A stretch of 64,000 nt of DNA from IMG/VR virus record IMGVR_UViG_3300032164_000006, positions 1-64,000 of that record; one strand, given 5' to 3'. Source of the DNA: a virus. The notes under the pieces were generated by a model. That model made no database searches, was not told where the DNA came from, and saw only the letters and a program-made list of their open reading frames with translations. A program made the position numbers and the translations under genes. This document shows positions 18,186-28,600 of this stretch, piece by piece (positions within the stretch are counted from its first letter, which is position 1; every line of letters starts with the position of its first letter).

Positions 18186-18735
18186 TAACACCTTCAACTC
18201 TGGAACTGGGATAACCATTGGGGGAGCCGACCTAGCCAAGTGGGAATACTTCATTGGATCCAAATGGGTTGATGAGTTCGAGCGAGAGATGGACAAGGCT
18301 ACTGGGAGGTCTGCAAAATATATTCTCTCCCAAATCCGAGCCAGAATTCTTTCCAAATCATATGTTCCCAACTCTCTGTGGACAGCCAAGCGAAAGGGAT
18401 TCAACAGTGTTGCGGAGGCAATCCCCCTTGTTGAAACAGGTGGACTTATTCGAGAGGCAATTGCTGCAAAAAGAAAGTCAATTGGCGTGTGGGAAGTTGG
18501 TGTGATAGAGGATAAGACAAGCAGACGAACAGGTGCAAAGGCTTCTAAGTACGTTAGAGCTCTCCACGAGGGTGTGACCATCACGTCAACCATCAAAGGT
18601 GTGCGTCGCACGTTTAGAATTCCACCTAGGCCATTCCTGCGAAGCGTGTGGGAAGATATGGCTGTTCGGGGTAGAGTACATAAAGATTGGTCAGATACTA
18701 TTGAAATGACTTTAAGAAAGCATGGGAAGTTATGA
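18178..18735 (+). CDS. neck/tail completion protein (virion morphogenesis, HK97 gp10-like)
   Basis: PLVETGGL..HEG..IPPRPFL motifs. Confidence 0.7.
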   Translation: MADNTFNSGTGITIGGADLAKWEYFIGSKWVDEFEREMDKATGRSAKYILSQIRARILSKSYVPNSLWTAKRKGFNSVAEAIPLVETGGLIREAIAAKRKSIGVWEVGVIEDKTSRRTGAKASKYVRALHEGVTITSTIKGVRRTFRIPPRPFLRSVWEDMAVRGRVHKDWSDTIEMTLRKHGKL

Positions 18736-19229
18736 AAAATATAGAAGTGTTAATGATGCGGGAAAGCCTTTCTAAAATAAATAATAGAAAGAATACAAAG
18801 TTCAGTTATCTTATATTGCGAAATAAGAAAGCTATTAAAGATACTGTGGATGCACTGAGGGAAGTCCAGCTACAAAAAATTGAAGGTCAGGATGCCTTTG
18901 ATAAGGATAGAATGGAACTATGTCGAAAATTCTCTAAGAAAGATGAGAAGGGAAATCCAAGATTCATTCAGATCCCTAGCATCAGTGCTAAGTCTTTTGA
19001 TATTGAGAACATAGAGCAATTCAACTTGGAAATGGCTGAATTATTGGCAGCAGAACGACACGCTGGTTACAGGGAAAATCTTGAGAGAAAGACAAAGGAA
19101 TTCGATGGATTGCTGGCATGTGATGCCGTAGGCATTGGATGCTTTGCAAAAATAGCTCTAACTGACCTGCCGAATGATTTGACTGTCGAGGAACTAGAAG
19201 TGATTGAACAATTCATAGAGGAAACGTAA
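18732..19229 (+). CDS. hypothetical helical protein (DUF1617-like)
   Basis: KFSYLILRN..LCRKFSKKDEKG..LTVEELEVIEQFIEE. Confidence 0.5.
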   Translation: MKNIEVLMMRESLSKINNRKNTKFSYLILRNKKAIKDTVDALREVQLQKIEGQDAFDKDRMELCRKFSKKDEKGNPRFIQIPSISAKSFDIENIEQFNLEMAELLAAERHAGYRENLERKTKEFDGLLACDAVGIGCFAKIALTDLPNDLTVEELEVIEQFIEET

Positions 19230-19260
19230 ACTGGAAGCTCGCCTTAAAAAGAAGAGAAGT

Positions 19261-20739
19261 ATGATAACTAGAATTATTAAAACATGGGAATTCACAAACT
19301 CGGAGAGAGAACTCACCGAGTTGTTTGGCGTTAGACTGAACGCAGAAGACCTAGCACATTCTAGATTACAACTGATTGCAGATCCACAGTACAGTACAGA
19401 GACAACAAACTACGCCAAGACCAGAAAAGACACACCCCATAGCGTGTTGAGCTGGTCAATGTTTGAAGTGATATGGGGAACAACGGAGCCTGATTTTACT
19501 GAGTATTCTTTGCTTCTTACTGGAAAATCCGGAAACAATTTTGAGTTCTACGCAAGGTCCGCAATCCCAAGGGTTGGCGACCACGTTTATCAAGGCGACA
19601 GTAGAACAAAAATTGCTGGCATCAGTGGATCTACTCTTACTCTTGAGGACGCTGCAGGAATCACGGATGGCATATCGTACGCAAATAGAACAAGATGCGA
19701 CGTGCTTATCAAGGTGCTAGACAAGAACGACACAGCCTATTTCTACAATGTTGTAACGTCAGCTTGGGAAGAGGCCGGACCAGACGACTGGAGCACAATG
19801 TACGTCGTCAACAGCCATATTGGGGAAATCAAACTAAAGGAATTCGGAAAGACAATTGGTTTCAGTGTCAACCTTAGAACCTCCGATCCCATCTACACCC
19901 CTCAAGTCTTTTCTATCTTTCTACTTGGAACATTTGATATAGAGTTTACAGAAGACATTCTTTTCGACTCTTTGATCCCCATTCTCGAAGCAAACTTATC
20001 CGTCACAACGCAAATAAATATCAAGCTGGTTGAAGACACAGATGTGGTGGACTTTGCGAACCAATATGTTCTTGATTGTGTTGGATATAATATCACAGAC
20101 GTTGAGATTGCATACAACGTGACGCAAGATCCAACAAAGACTGAAAATATAGCCACAACCTACACGCTAGGTGAACCAAAGGAAAGAAACGGGAACCTTC
20201 CTGGATCTCTCAAATTGAATTCTATTCAGAGTGCTGGCGACATTCTTGAAATCAAGCTAAAATATTATCCAGAGATAGCTATCAATACTGCGAAAGAATA
20301 CTACGAGATCACAAAGCATCCTCTGATTGTGTTAGAGCACATCACAAAAAAGGGTTCTGTGACTTCGCCGAATTCAGACATAGGTAGAAGCTATATTAGG
20401 AATAAGTTGACTTTAACAGGGGTAAAGGAAAACAGCCCTGAGCAATATGATTTAATAGTTGAGTATGTTGTCTTTACGGGTAATCAAACAGACCAATATA
20501 GATTGGGAGAAGCTCTTCACCGCTTCTTTAATTCGACTAGCGAGATTAGGTCATGGGGGTTGGACGAGCCTTATCCACTGATTGTTGGCACTATCTTTAG
20601 GAGTGAAAATACTCCTGGAATTGCAGACATCAGCACTCATGTCGGGCAATTTAGGATTGCAAATCTTGTTGAAGTAATTAGAGATCCATTGGATGTAGCT
20701 CTGGTTGAATACCTTAACGGAAGCATGACTACAAATTAA
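19261..20739 (+). CDS. tail terminator/neck-associated structural protein
   Basis: 492 aa directly upstream of sheath; C-terminal region resembles tail terminators. Confidence 0.5.
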   Translation: MITRIIKTWEFTNSERELTELFGVRLNAEDLAHSRLQLIADPQYSTETTNYAKTRKDTPHSVLSWSMFEVIWGTTEPDFTEYSLLLTGKSGNNFEFYARSAIPRVGDHVYQGDSRTKIAGISGSTLTLEDAAGITDGISYANRTRCDVLIKVLDKNDTAYFYNVVTSAWEEAGPDDWSTMYVVNSHIGEIKLKEFGKTIGFSVNLRTSDPIYTPQVFSIFLLGTFDIEFTEDILFDSLIPILEANLSVTTQINIKLVEDTDVVDFANQYVLDCVGYNITDVEIAYNVTQDPTKTENIATTYTLGEPKERNGNLPGSLKLNSIQSAGDILEIKLKYYPEIAINTAKEYYEITKHPLIVLEHITKKGSVTSPNSDIGRSYIRNKLTLTGVKENSPEQYDLIVEYVVFTGNQTDQYRLGEALHRFFNSTSEIRSWGLDEPYPLIVGTIFRSENTPGIADISTHVGQFRIANLVEVIRDPLDVALVEYLNGSMTTN

Positions 20740-20779
20740 AAAAACAGTGTTCATCAATTAATCTCTAAGGAGGATTCAG

Positions 20780-23700
20780 ATGGCAGAACGAAGGTATGGT
20801 CCGACAAACGGAGCGGGAACAGTAATCATAGAAAAAGATGCGGAAAAGCAAATTGAGAAGGGAGCATTAGGAACTACAGTTTATCTTGGAATTTTAGAAA
20901 AAGGTCCAGTTGGACAGTTGTTCAAGTGTTCTACGAAAGCAGACTTTCTAGCGAAGGCTGGAAACTTCATCAAGGAATCCACACTTCCAGATGCAGCGTT
21001 TGATTTCTTTAATCTTGGCAGGGCATCCGGTGACCTCTACTGCGTTCGTCTTACAGACGGGACAGAAGTGCAATCAGAAGTGACGTTATATGGCAGAAAA
21101 AATGTTGGATTTGAGAAAACAATTTCAGCAGATTGTTCTAGTCACTATGCGTTCGTATCCCAAGCAGACTATCTAGCTCTTGGTTCCCCAAAGGTTTCTA
21201 GCCAACTCGTGTTGTCTAGCGATACCCTTGGCGACAGTCCAGTACTCCAAGTCACAGCTGTAGACTTCGCTAGTCCATCTGTCGGCACTGTTCGGTTAAC
21301 CCTCAGTGGCTCTGTGTTGTATCTCTCCGGAGACAAGATCACAGCCTACAGTTCAGCAATCCGTCCCGCTGTTATGAAATTTAAAGCGGCAAACGGTGGA
21401 CGTTGGGGTGGAAAGAAAGACATAATTTTTGGAACAGAATTTGGTCCTGGAGGTCTTACAGAATTTTCTTTCGATACTGGCAAACCAGCACTCGTAGATT
21501 ATTTTGCTGACGCTCTTGTTCGCTTTGCTGCGATGCCCGGAAAATCATATCGAGTTGTTTCTAACGACGAGAATGGTTTGCTCTACGTTTCGGCAGATTC
21601 GAAGATGGCTTCTGACTACGCATCTAGCGGAAGTGCAGACACAACATGGTCTGTTCAGCTAGAAAACAACGGCAAAGCACTCGCTGTTAAGATTGTAGAT
21701 GGTGTGTCTTATCCATCCACAAGATTTGGCGTTGAAGTGTATTGCGACGGAATCAGATGCTTGGTTTATGACGACCTCACGTTAGATCCAAAAGACAAGA
21801 CATACTACAGGGATCTCATCAATGATGACGATGCCAACGTGTACGTCGAAGTGGAAGATCTATGGTTTGGTGACTACATCCCAGAAATCAGACCAGCCAA
21901 CGTGTTTGGTCAAAACTTTGGTGTGACCAACACTGTTCTCACTGGTAGAGCTGTCGCAGCTTCTTTCCAAGGTGTGGGCAATGGCATCATCGACGCTTTC
22001 ACCTACGGTGGAACTGTCCAAGAAGACACACTAGAAGTTGAATGTACCGATGCAGGTGCGTTGGCTTCTGGTCTCGTCCAGATTGCCAGCAATGCGTTCG
22101 ACCTAACATCCCCAGAGGTTGTTGGTTCTGACGTTTCTGTTGCTTATCTTCTAGGCGACTACTCTGCGTGTGTTCACAACAAACTTCTTGTAGCGTTGTA
22201 TGGCCAAACTCCAGCAGAGGTTGTCCTCAACTTGGCATCGTGCATTGACGGAGCTGCAACAGCAACTGAACTCACCGCTAAAATCAACTCTGCGTTGGCT
22301 TCTGCTGGCAAGGTTGGAACTGTTCTAGCTGTTTACGACACAGATCACTTCGTGGTCACTGGTGATGCGGAAGGTAAAGATCTTGATCTTGTCCTCACCG
22401 ACACTGGCTTAACTGGTGGATCTCTAGCTTCTGAACTGAAAGTGTCACCATCTACTTTCGCTAACCATACTTTAGGAACAGGCGACTATCTGCGCTTCTC
22501 CTTTGGTGCTACTGTAGCGGATTTCGTGTTCGTCAGTGGTGTAACTCCAGCCTCAGTTGGCAAGGTTCTTGTCGGTGGAAGCGTAGCTCTCACAGCTGAA
22601 GCGTTGCTCCAAGCACTCTTAAGCTACTCGGCAATTGCTGGTCTTGTGACCGCTGCTCGCACAAACGACATTGTGTCTCTTCTTGCTACTAAGCCTCATG
22701 CTGCTGTGGGTTGGTCAATTGTAGAATTTGACGGCACGACAGACAACCTAACTGTAGTGAGTTTCAGTGGTGGAGCTGAACAACTTTGGAGCTATCAAAG
22801 CTCTGAACTCGGCCTCCTAGCTGGATCCGTTCCAGTGACAGACGTAGCTTTCGCAACTCCAAATGACTTTGGCGTTGGCTTCAAAATCTCAAGCGGTTCA
22901 TCTCTGTTTGCTCTAGGCGACAGATTCACATTGGTTGTTCGTCCATGGGCGACAAACTCAATGGTTCGTGGTTGGTTGTATCCAGACGTGTTGAACGCAC
23001 CTCGTAGCAAGTACGAGATCATTTCAAACACCGCAAACACAATCACAGTTAAGCCGACATCCGCAATGAAAGACGTTGCTCGTTTAGGAAGCACCTATCG
23101 AGTTGAATTTCTAGAAGAGATGTCTGCTGGCTACGACGGGTTGGTTGGTGTAACTGATTCCGACTATCTCAATCTTTTGGACTCGTCCACATCACCAATC
23201 AACTCATTGTTTGGTGAGATGAAAGGTCTTGTTAAGGTTGGTATTCCCGGAGTTACAGCGACAGCGGTTCAAAAGGCTGGACTAGCCTACGCAGAAGCAA
23301 GGAACTATCAGTTCAGGGTACAAATCCCATCGAACATAGTTTCTGAAGATTCGGCTGAATCCTACATCAACGACACCATTGGTAGAAATGACTTCGGTGT
23401 TGTTTCGTTCCCATCTTGGATGTACGTTCCACATCCCACAGCAAGTGGTTTGAAGCTAGTTCCTAACATCGGTGCTATCCAAGGTAGAGAAGCACTATGG
23501 GCAAAGAACTATAGTGGATATCACAAGGCAGCGGCTGGAGTGGATTGTACAATTCCAAATTGCGTTCGACTTCCTACTGGTGACAGGGTTCTCGACGAAG
23601 AGCTTCTAAACAAGCATGGTATCGGTGTAGTCAAGTCCAAATCCGGTAACTTCATAATTTGGGGTGATAGAACAATTTCTATCGATCCATCATGGAAATG

Positions 23701-24019
23701 GAAACATCAAAGAGAGATGATGTCGTTCTATGAAAATGATCTGAGAGAAGCATTTGATTGGATCATCTTTGCAATCAACGACAAGATAGAGCAAAAGAAA
23801 GCTCTGTCTGCTCTGTATTCTTACTTCATTCCAGAATTTCAGAAACGAGCATTGCGTGGTGACACGTTCGAAGATGCAGTTTCTATAAAACTGGATGACG
23901 AGAATAACACCAATTTGTCAATGGCAAATGGCGACATGAATGCGGAAATCTCCCTGAGATTGGCAGACACTGTTGAGCGTTTCATCATCACCATGAGCAA
24001 GCGTGGAATCTTTGATTAA
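20780..24019 (+). CDS. contractile tail sheath protein (large, 1079 aa)
   Basis: N-terminal GTVIIEKD..YLGILEKGPVG; C-terminal GYHKAAAG..IWGDRTIS..WIIFAIND..ALRG..VERFIIT; RBS AAGGAGG. Confidence 0.92.
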   Translation: MAERRYGPTNGAGTVIIEKDAEKQIEKGALGTTVYLGILEKGPVGQLFKCSTKADFLAKAGNFIKESTLPDAAFDFFNLGRASGDLYCVRLTDGTEVQSEVTLYGRKNVGFEKTISADCSSHYAFVSQADYLALGSPKVSSQLVLSSDTLGDSPVLQVTAVDFASPSVGTVRLTLSGSVLYLSGDKITAYSSAIRPAVMKFKAANGGRWGGKKDIIFGTEFGPGGLTEFSFDTGKPALVDYFADALVRFAAMPGKSYRVVSNDENGLLYVSADSKMASDYASSGSADTTWSVQLENNGKALAVKIVDGVSYPSTRFGVEVYCDGIRCLVYDDLTLDPKDKTYYRDLINDDDANVYVEVEDLWFGDYIPEIRPANVFGQNFGVTNTVLTGRAVAASFQGVGNGIIDAFTYGGTVQEDTLEVECTDAGALASGLVQIASNAFDLTSPEVVGSDVSVAYLLGDYSACVHNKLLVALYGQTPAEVVLNLASCIDGAATATELTAKINSALASAGKVGTVLAVYDTDHFVVTGDAEGKDLDLVLTDTGLTGGSLASELKVSPSTFANHTLGTGDYLRFSFGATVADFVFVSGVTPASVGKVLVGGSVALTAEALLQALLSYSAIAGLVTAARTNDIVSLLATKPHAAVGWSIVEFDGTTDNLTVVSFSGGAEQLWSYQSSELGLLAGSVPVTDVAFATPNDFGVGFKISSGSSLFALGDRFTLVVRPWATNSMVRGWLYPDVLNAPRSKYEIISNTANTITVKPTSAMKDVARLGSTYRVEFLEEMSAGYDGLVGVTDSDYLNLLDSSTSPINSLFGEMKGLVKVGIPGVTATAVQKAGLAYAEARNYQFRVQIPSNIVSEDSAESYINDTIGRNDFGVVSFPSWMYVPHPTASGLKLVPNIGAIQGREALWAKNYSGYHKAAAGVDCTIPNCVRLPTGDRVLDEELLNKHGIGVVKSKSGNFIIWGDRTISIDPSWKWKHQREMMSFYENDLREAFDWIIFAINDKIEQKKALSALYSYFIPEFQKRALRGDTFEDAVSIKLDDENNTNLSMANGDMNAEISLRLADTVERFIITMSKRGIFD

Positions 24020-24027
24020 CCAACTGT

Positions 24028-24050
24028 AGGACCACCCTAGGGGTGGTCTT
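24028..24050 (+). terminator. GC-rich hairpin between sheath and tube genes
   Basis: AGGACCACCC-TAG-GGGTGGTCTT; short U tail, so it may act as an attenuator or stability element. Confidence 0.5.
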
Positions 24051-24076
24051 ATATCAACAAAATTAGGGGAATAATT

Positions 24077-24523
24077 ATGACGCTAAAGGGAACAATTGCA
24101 TCGAACCATATACCAATCAACAAGTACACTTTGTCTGTTGCTACTCAGCCAACATTCATTTTTACGACTGTTAGTGGTGTGGAGCAAGAAACAGCCGGAA
24201 CAGTATTGCCAGACAATACGAAAGCATCCGGTGGGGAACAACAACCATTCGAACTGACCTGCGAGATTCCGTTGCACCATGCAGCTGAAGTCGTGGCTCT
24301 AGAAGCATGGTTCACAGAAGGAAAAGATCCAGTCACAGTAACCTACAAAAAAACTGGAACCATGATCTACAAAAACATTGCTGGAGTAGTCAGCAAGTCC
24401 CTTCAGCTCACAGGCATGTGGATAACCAAACTCAAGTATCCAGATACCGACATGAGCAATGAAGAAGGCGAAATGGCCGTTCTAGAAGTCACATTCTCCA
24501 TAGACAACTACAAAGTTATCTAA
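24077..24523 (+). CDS. tail tube protein (T4 gp19-like)
   Basis: FTTVSGVEQE..WF..KKTGTMIY..GMWITKLKYPD..LEVTFSID; follows sheath. Confidence 0.85.
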   Translation: MTLKGTIASNHIPINKYTLSVATQPTFIFTTVSGVEQETAGTVLPDNTKASGGEQQPFELTCEIPLHHAAEVVALEAWFTEGKDPVTVTYKKTGTMIYKNIAGVVSKSLQLTGMWITKLKYPDTDMSNEEGEMAVLEVTFSIDNYKVI

Positions 24524-24654
24524 GGGATTTTGACTGGACCTTGGGATATGTCTAAAAACTATCCCACCAAATCTTGATGGTTTAGGTGAATTAGTTTACT
24601 TATTCATCAATACATTTTTAAGAATTCTAACAATGCTCTAATTGGAGAATTACA

Positions 24655-25476
24655 ATGGGCGAAGCTACATCAAAACTACAATCTATCCCTCTAAAAGAAC
24701 TCAAAAACAGATTACCAATTGAAGTAGATGGCAAGGTGAACCAGTTCTTTACGTTCAGAGATTGGACGTTCAAAGAGGAAGAGTACATTGCAAAGGCAAA
24801 AACAAAAACAGCCACAATGGGAAGGTTCATTGGCGACATCCTAGCCATGATGCTTACTTCTGTTGGCGGTGAAGATTTCACAAAGAAAGAACACGGAGAA
24901 AAAATCCTGTTCATGAATAGACAGCCTGTCGGCAATGTTCTGTACATGTACATCTATCTGCGTTACGACCAGCTAGGTGAAGAGCTTCGCCTCACATTCA
25001 AATGTCCATTCTGCAACGCTGAAATAAATAATTTCATAGCAAACATTGGCGACCTAGATGTGGATTGCAAGTTTGGTGAATTCAGCGACGTTATTGACTA
25101 CCATCTTAAGAAGCCTGTTTCCCTAGATGCTGGCGACCAACTCATCGAGACCTTGCGTATTGGTATGGCTAGATGGGACGTGATGGAAAAAGCACAGAAC
25201 ACGTCAGATGCAAACGAAGCCACAATGAAAAAATATTCCTACAGGAATAGCATTGTGGGTGCGAGCAACGTGACGGGTTATCTTGATCCAGAAGAAGTTA
25301 TTCAAAAACTACGCAAGCAAGATATAGAACGACTTGGTACTGTTATCGCAGCACACAACGGAGGTCCGTCTATCCAAGCAGAAGTTATCTGTAGCAAGTG
25401 CAACAATATGTTCTGGAAGCAGATAGACTGGAGTTACGACCATTTTTTCGGGAATGGCTCTTTACCTCAGACCTAG
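24655..25476 (+). CDS. tail assembly chaperone (T4 gp26-like, with Zn-ribbons)
   Basis: Between tube and tape measure; CPFC and CSKC motifs; ends near a slippery site. Confidence 0.7.
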   Translation: MGEATSKLQSIPLKELKNRLPIEVDGKVNQFFTFRDWTFKEEEYIAKAKTKTATMGRFIGDILAMMLTSVGGEDFTKKEHGEKILFMNRQPVGNVLYMYIYLRYDQLGEELRLTFKCPFCNAEINNFIANIGDLDVDCKFGEFSDVIDYHLKKPVSLDAGDQLIETLRIGMARWDVMEKAQNTSDANEATMKKYSYRNSIVGASNVTGYLDPEEVIQKLRKQDIERLGTVIAAHNGGPSIQAEVICSKCNNMFWKQIDWSYDHFFGNGSLPQT

Positions 25477-25646
25477 AAGGTCTATGGGAAGAGTCGTTCA
25501 CATTAGTCTATAGAATCAAGGGTATGACTCCTGAGAAGATTGAGAGGATGACGCACAAGGAACGCAAGTGGTGGCTCAACAGACTTATGAAGCAGTTGAA
25601 AGCCGAACGAGAAATGATGGAGAGTGCGTCTAAGAGAAGAAAATAA
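25443..25646 (+). CDS. -1 frameshift extension of the tail assembly chaperone (G-T type)
   Basis: Heptamer T TTT TTC at 25443-25449 is in the correct register; the -1 frame is open to 25646 (FREWLFTSDLEGLWEESF..MTHKERKWWL). Confidence 0.7.
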   Translation, partial: FFREWLFTSDLEGLWEESFTLVYRIKGMTPEKIERMTHKERKWWLNRLMKQLKAEREMMESASKRRK

Positions 25647-25658
25647 CAGGGAGTTTCT

Positions 25659-28600
25659 ATGTCTTTTAATCTATCTGCGATACTTAATTTCAAGGCTCCG
25701 GGAGTCAAAGATGAACTGGACAAGGTAAACCAGTCGTTCAGTAATTTGAAGACAAGCGGACAGCGTGTAACGCAAGGAACGAATCAAGTAGCAGGAGGAA
25801 TGAAGGCTGTTGGACTAGCTGGAGCTGGACTAGCGGCTGGAGTTTCGTACTCTGTGAACGAGCACATTGCCTTTGAAAAGCAGATGAGTTCTGTTATCGC
25901 AAAGATGGATGATGGGAAAGAGAACTTCAGTAATCTAGAGTTGGTTGCAAAGCAATTGGGAGCATCGACAGTCTACTCGGCAACTGAAGCCGCTGCTGGA
26001 CTCGACTTCCTAGCGACCGCTGGATACAGTGCAAAAGAAGCCATTGGTGTCCTTCCAACTGTTTTAAAGACAGCCGCTGCATCCAACATGGGTCTAGCTC
26101 AGACTACGAGCATTGTTGCAGATAGCTTGGCGAACCTTTCGCCTGTCATGGGTATCTATGGAGACAAGACACAACAGGCTGTCGTTCTATCAGATATGCT
26201 TGCAATGGCTGGAGCAAAAACAAACTCTGAGGTCTCGGATCTCGGAGAAGCAATCACATACGGAGGTGGTGCTCTAGCCAACCTAGGCATTCCGCTCGAA
26301 GAAATCATCGGAAGTTTGGGTCTTCTCGCCAACGCTGGTATCAAGGGTTCGTCTGCTGGTACTGCTATGGTCAATATGTTCGCCAAACTGCAAGATCCAA
26401 CTGAGGATGCTCATAAGTGGTTGGCGGCAATGGGTATAGCCTACAAGGACTTTATAGATCAAGACACTGGCAAGCTCCTACGGATGGACAAGATAATAGG
26501 AATGGTTGGCGAAAAAGCATCTGGCCTTGGCGACAGCTTTGACGTCGGTGCTGCTCTAGCTGAGATCTTTGGTCTCAGAGGGCAGAAGGCTTTCTTTGCG
26601 ATGAACAACACGCTCAAACAAGCTCCGGATCTGTTTGATTCTCTCAGAAATTCCCTTGGCGAATCAGACAAGATGTACAAGATAATGACGGACAACCTTT
26701 GGGGTATGACGCAGAACTTCCAGAGTGCTGCCGAGGGTGTGCGTTTAGAGTTGGGTAAGATGGTAGCCGAACAGGGTGGACTCCTACAGATGGGGAACTC
26801 TGTTATAGATCCAATCCAGAACCTAGCCAACGCTTTCATGGCTTTGAACATTCCGGTAGAGCAGTATGCGACACTGGAACAGCAGATGGGCAAAGAAAAA
26901 TTCGGAGAGTTATTCAAAGTACTCACAACGGACGTTGGACAGTTTGCCGTTGGTGTTCGAGATGGATTCCTATCCGCCAAAAAAGGAATAGGGGAGTTTG
27001 CTACTAGTCTTTGGACGACTATGGGATTAACCAGCGGAACAGCCGAAAGCTACAAACAGCTAGGTGAGAAGATAGGAAAATTTGCGACATGGCTTGCCGT
27101 CATTGGTCCAGTTATTCTTGGCGTTGGAGCTGCATTCATGTTCATCGCTCCAATCATAACCAGCGTTGTTGGTATTGTTAATCTGTTTGTTGGAGCCTGT
27201 ACACTTGTGACCAGCGTTGTGACAGGGGTTGTGAGTGGCCTCGCCGTCCTGCGTACAGCGTTCATGGGTTCCGCTCTACAGATACAGCTCACAACGTGGT
27301 GGACAAATGCTTTCGGTGTATCTACCACTAGGTCAACAGCGGCTACAATACTTTCTTCAGCCGCAACACGAGTCGCAGCAATAGCTCAAGGAACATACAA
27401 CGTCGTAATGCTGGTCGGCCTCAACATTATGAATCTCCTCAAGTGGGCTTTCCTAGGAACGGCATCTGCAATCAGTTCAACAACTCTTGCGACAAAATTA
27501 ATCACAGTCGCAACACGGACAGCGGCAATTGCGACCGCTGCATGGACTGCAGTCGTAGCCTTTGGTACGGCAATTATGACTGCAATTCGAGCAAGAATCA
27601 TGGGAACAATTGTTGCAACATGGTTGTCCGTCGCAGCATCTAGAGCCGCGACTATCGCACAAGCAATCTGGAGTGCGGCGACAGTAGTCGGAACGGGAAT
27701 ATTAACAGCGTTTAGAAGCGGAACTCTGCTCGTTAGAGCTGCTCAATTGGCTGGAGTTGCCGTTATGTATGTAATGACAGCCGCTCAGTGGGCGTTCAAC
27801 GTCGCACTGAATGCGAATCCAATTGGACTTGTGGTCCTAGGGATTGCTGCTCTAATTGGAGTTGGTTATCTGCTCTACAAAAACTGGGATACAATTACTT
27901 CTGGCCTACAGAGAGCGTGGACGTGGTTCAAAAACCTTCTCGCACCAATTGGCGAGCTGTGGAATAAAATGAATGTTGGCGAGAACCTGATGTACGCTTT
28001 ATCCAACCCAATGGAGGTTCTAAAGGCAGGTGTGACCGCTCTAGGAAATGGCTGGGATTACGTTATAACCAAGATCACGGCAGCGTGGGATTGGATAAAG
28101 CGTATCATGTCTTCTGGCATGGAAAAAGTCGCTGGTTGGTTTGGGTTCGGTGACACCGAAATGACAATGACACAGAACATGGAACCAGCCTATATGTCTG
28201 GTCCACAAGTGATGGCTCCACCACAAGAGAAGCCAAAAGAAAAAGGTGTCTGGGATAAGATGAAGAGTTGGGTTGGTCTTGGTGACACACAACCAACACC
28301 ACAACAACTAGCACAACAACAGCCACAACAGGGCAAACAGCCAACACAGACTCCACAAACCATTGCGGCCGAGGCTGGCAAACCAGTAGGACAACAACCG
28401 ACTGTTCAGACCAACAAGCCATTTAAAGGGTCTATGCCGAATTTACCCAACGTGTGGAAACCTAAAGGAGAAAAGAAGAAGGGAACTGGTAAAGGCGGAG
28501 GTGGAAACAAGGATTTAGAAGAAGAAAACAGAATGCTAGATCAGATGTTGAATAGGCTGATGATGCCTACAGTCAGCGAAGATCAGCCAATTGTTTCCAA

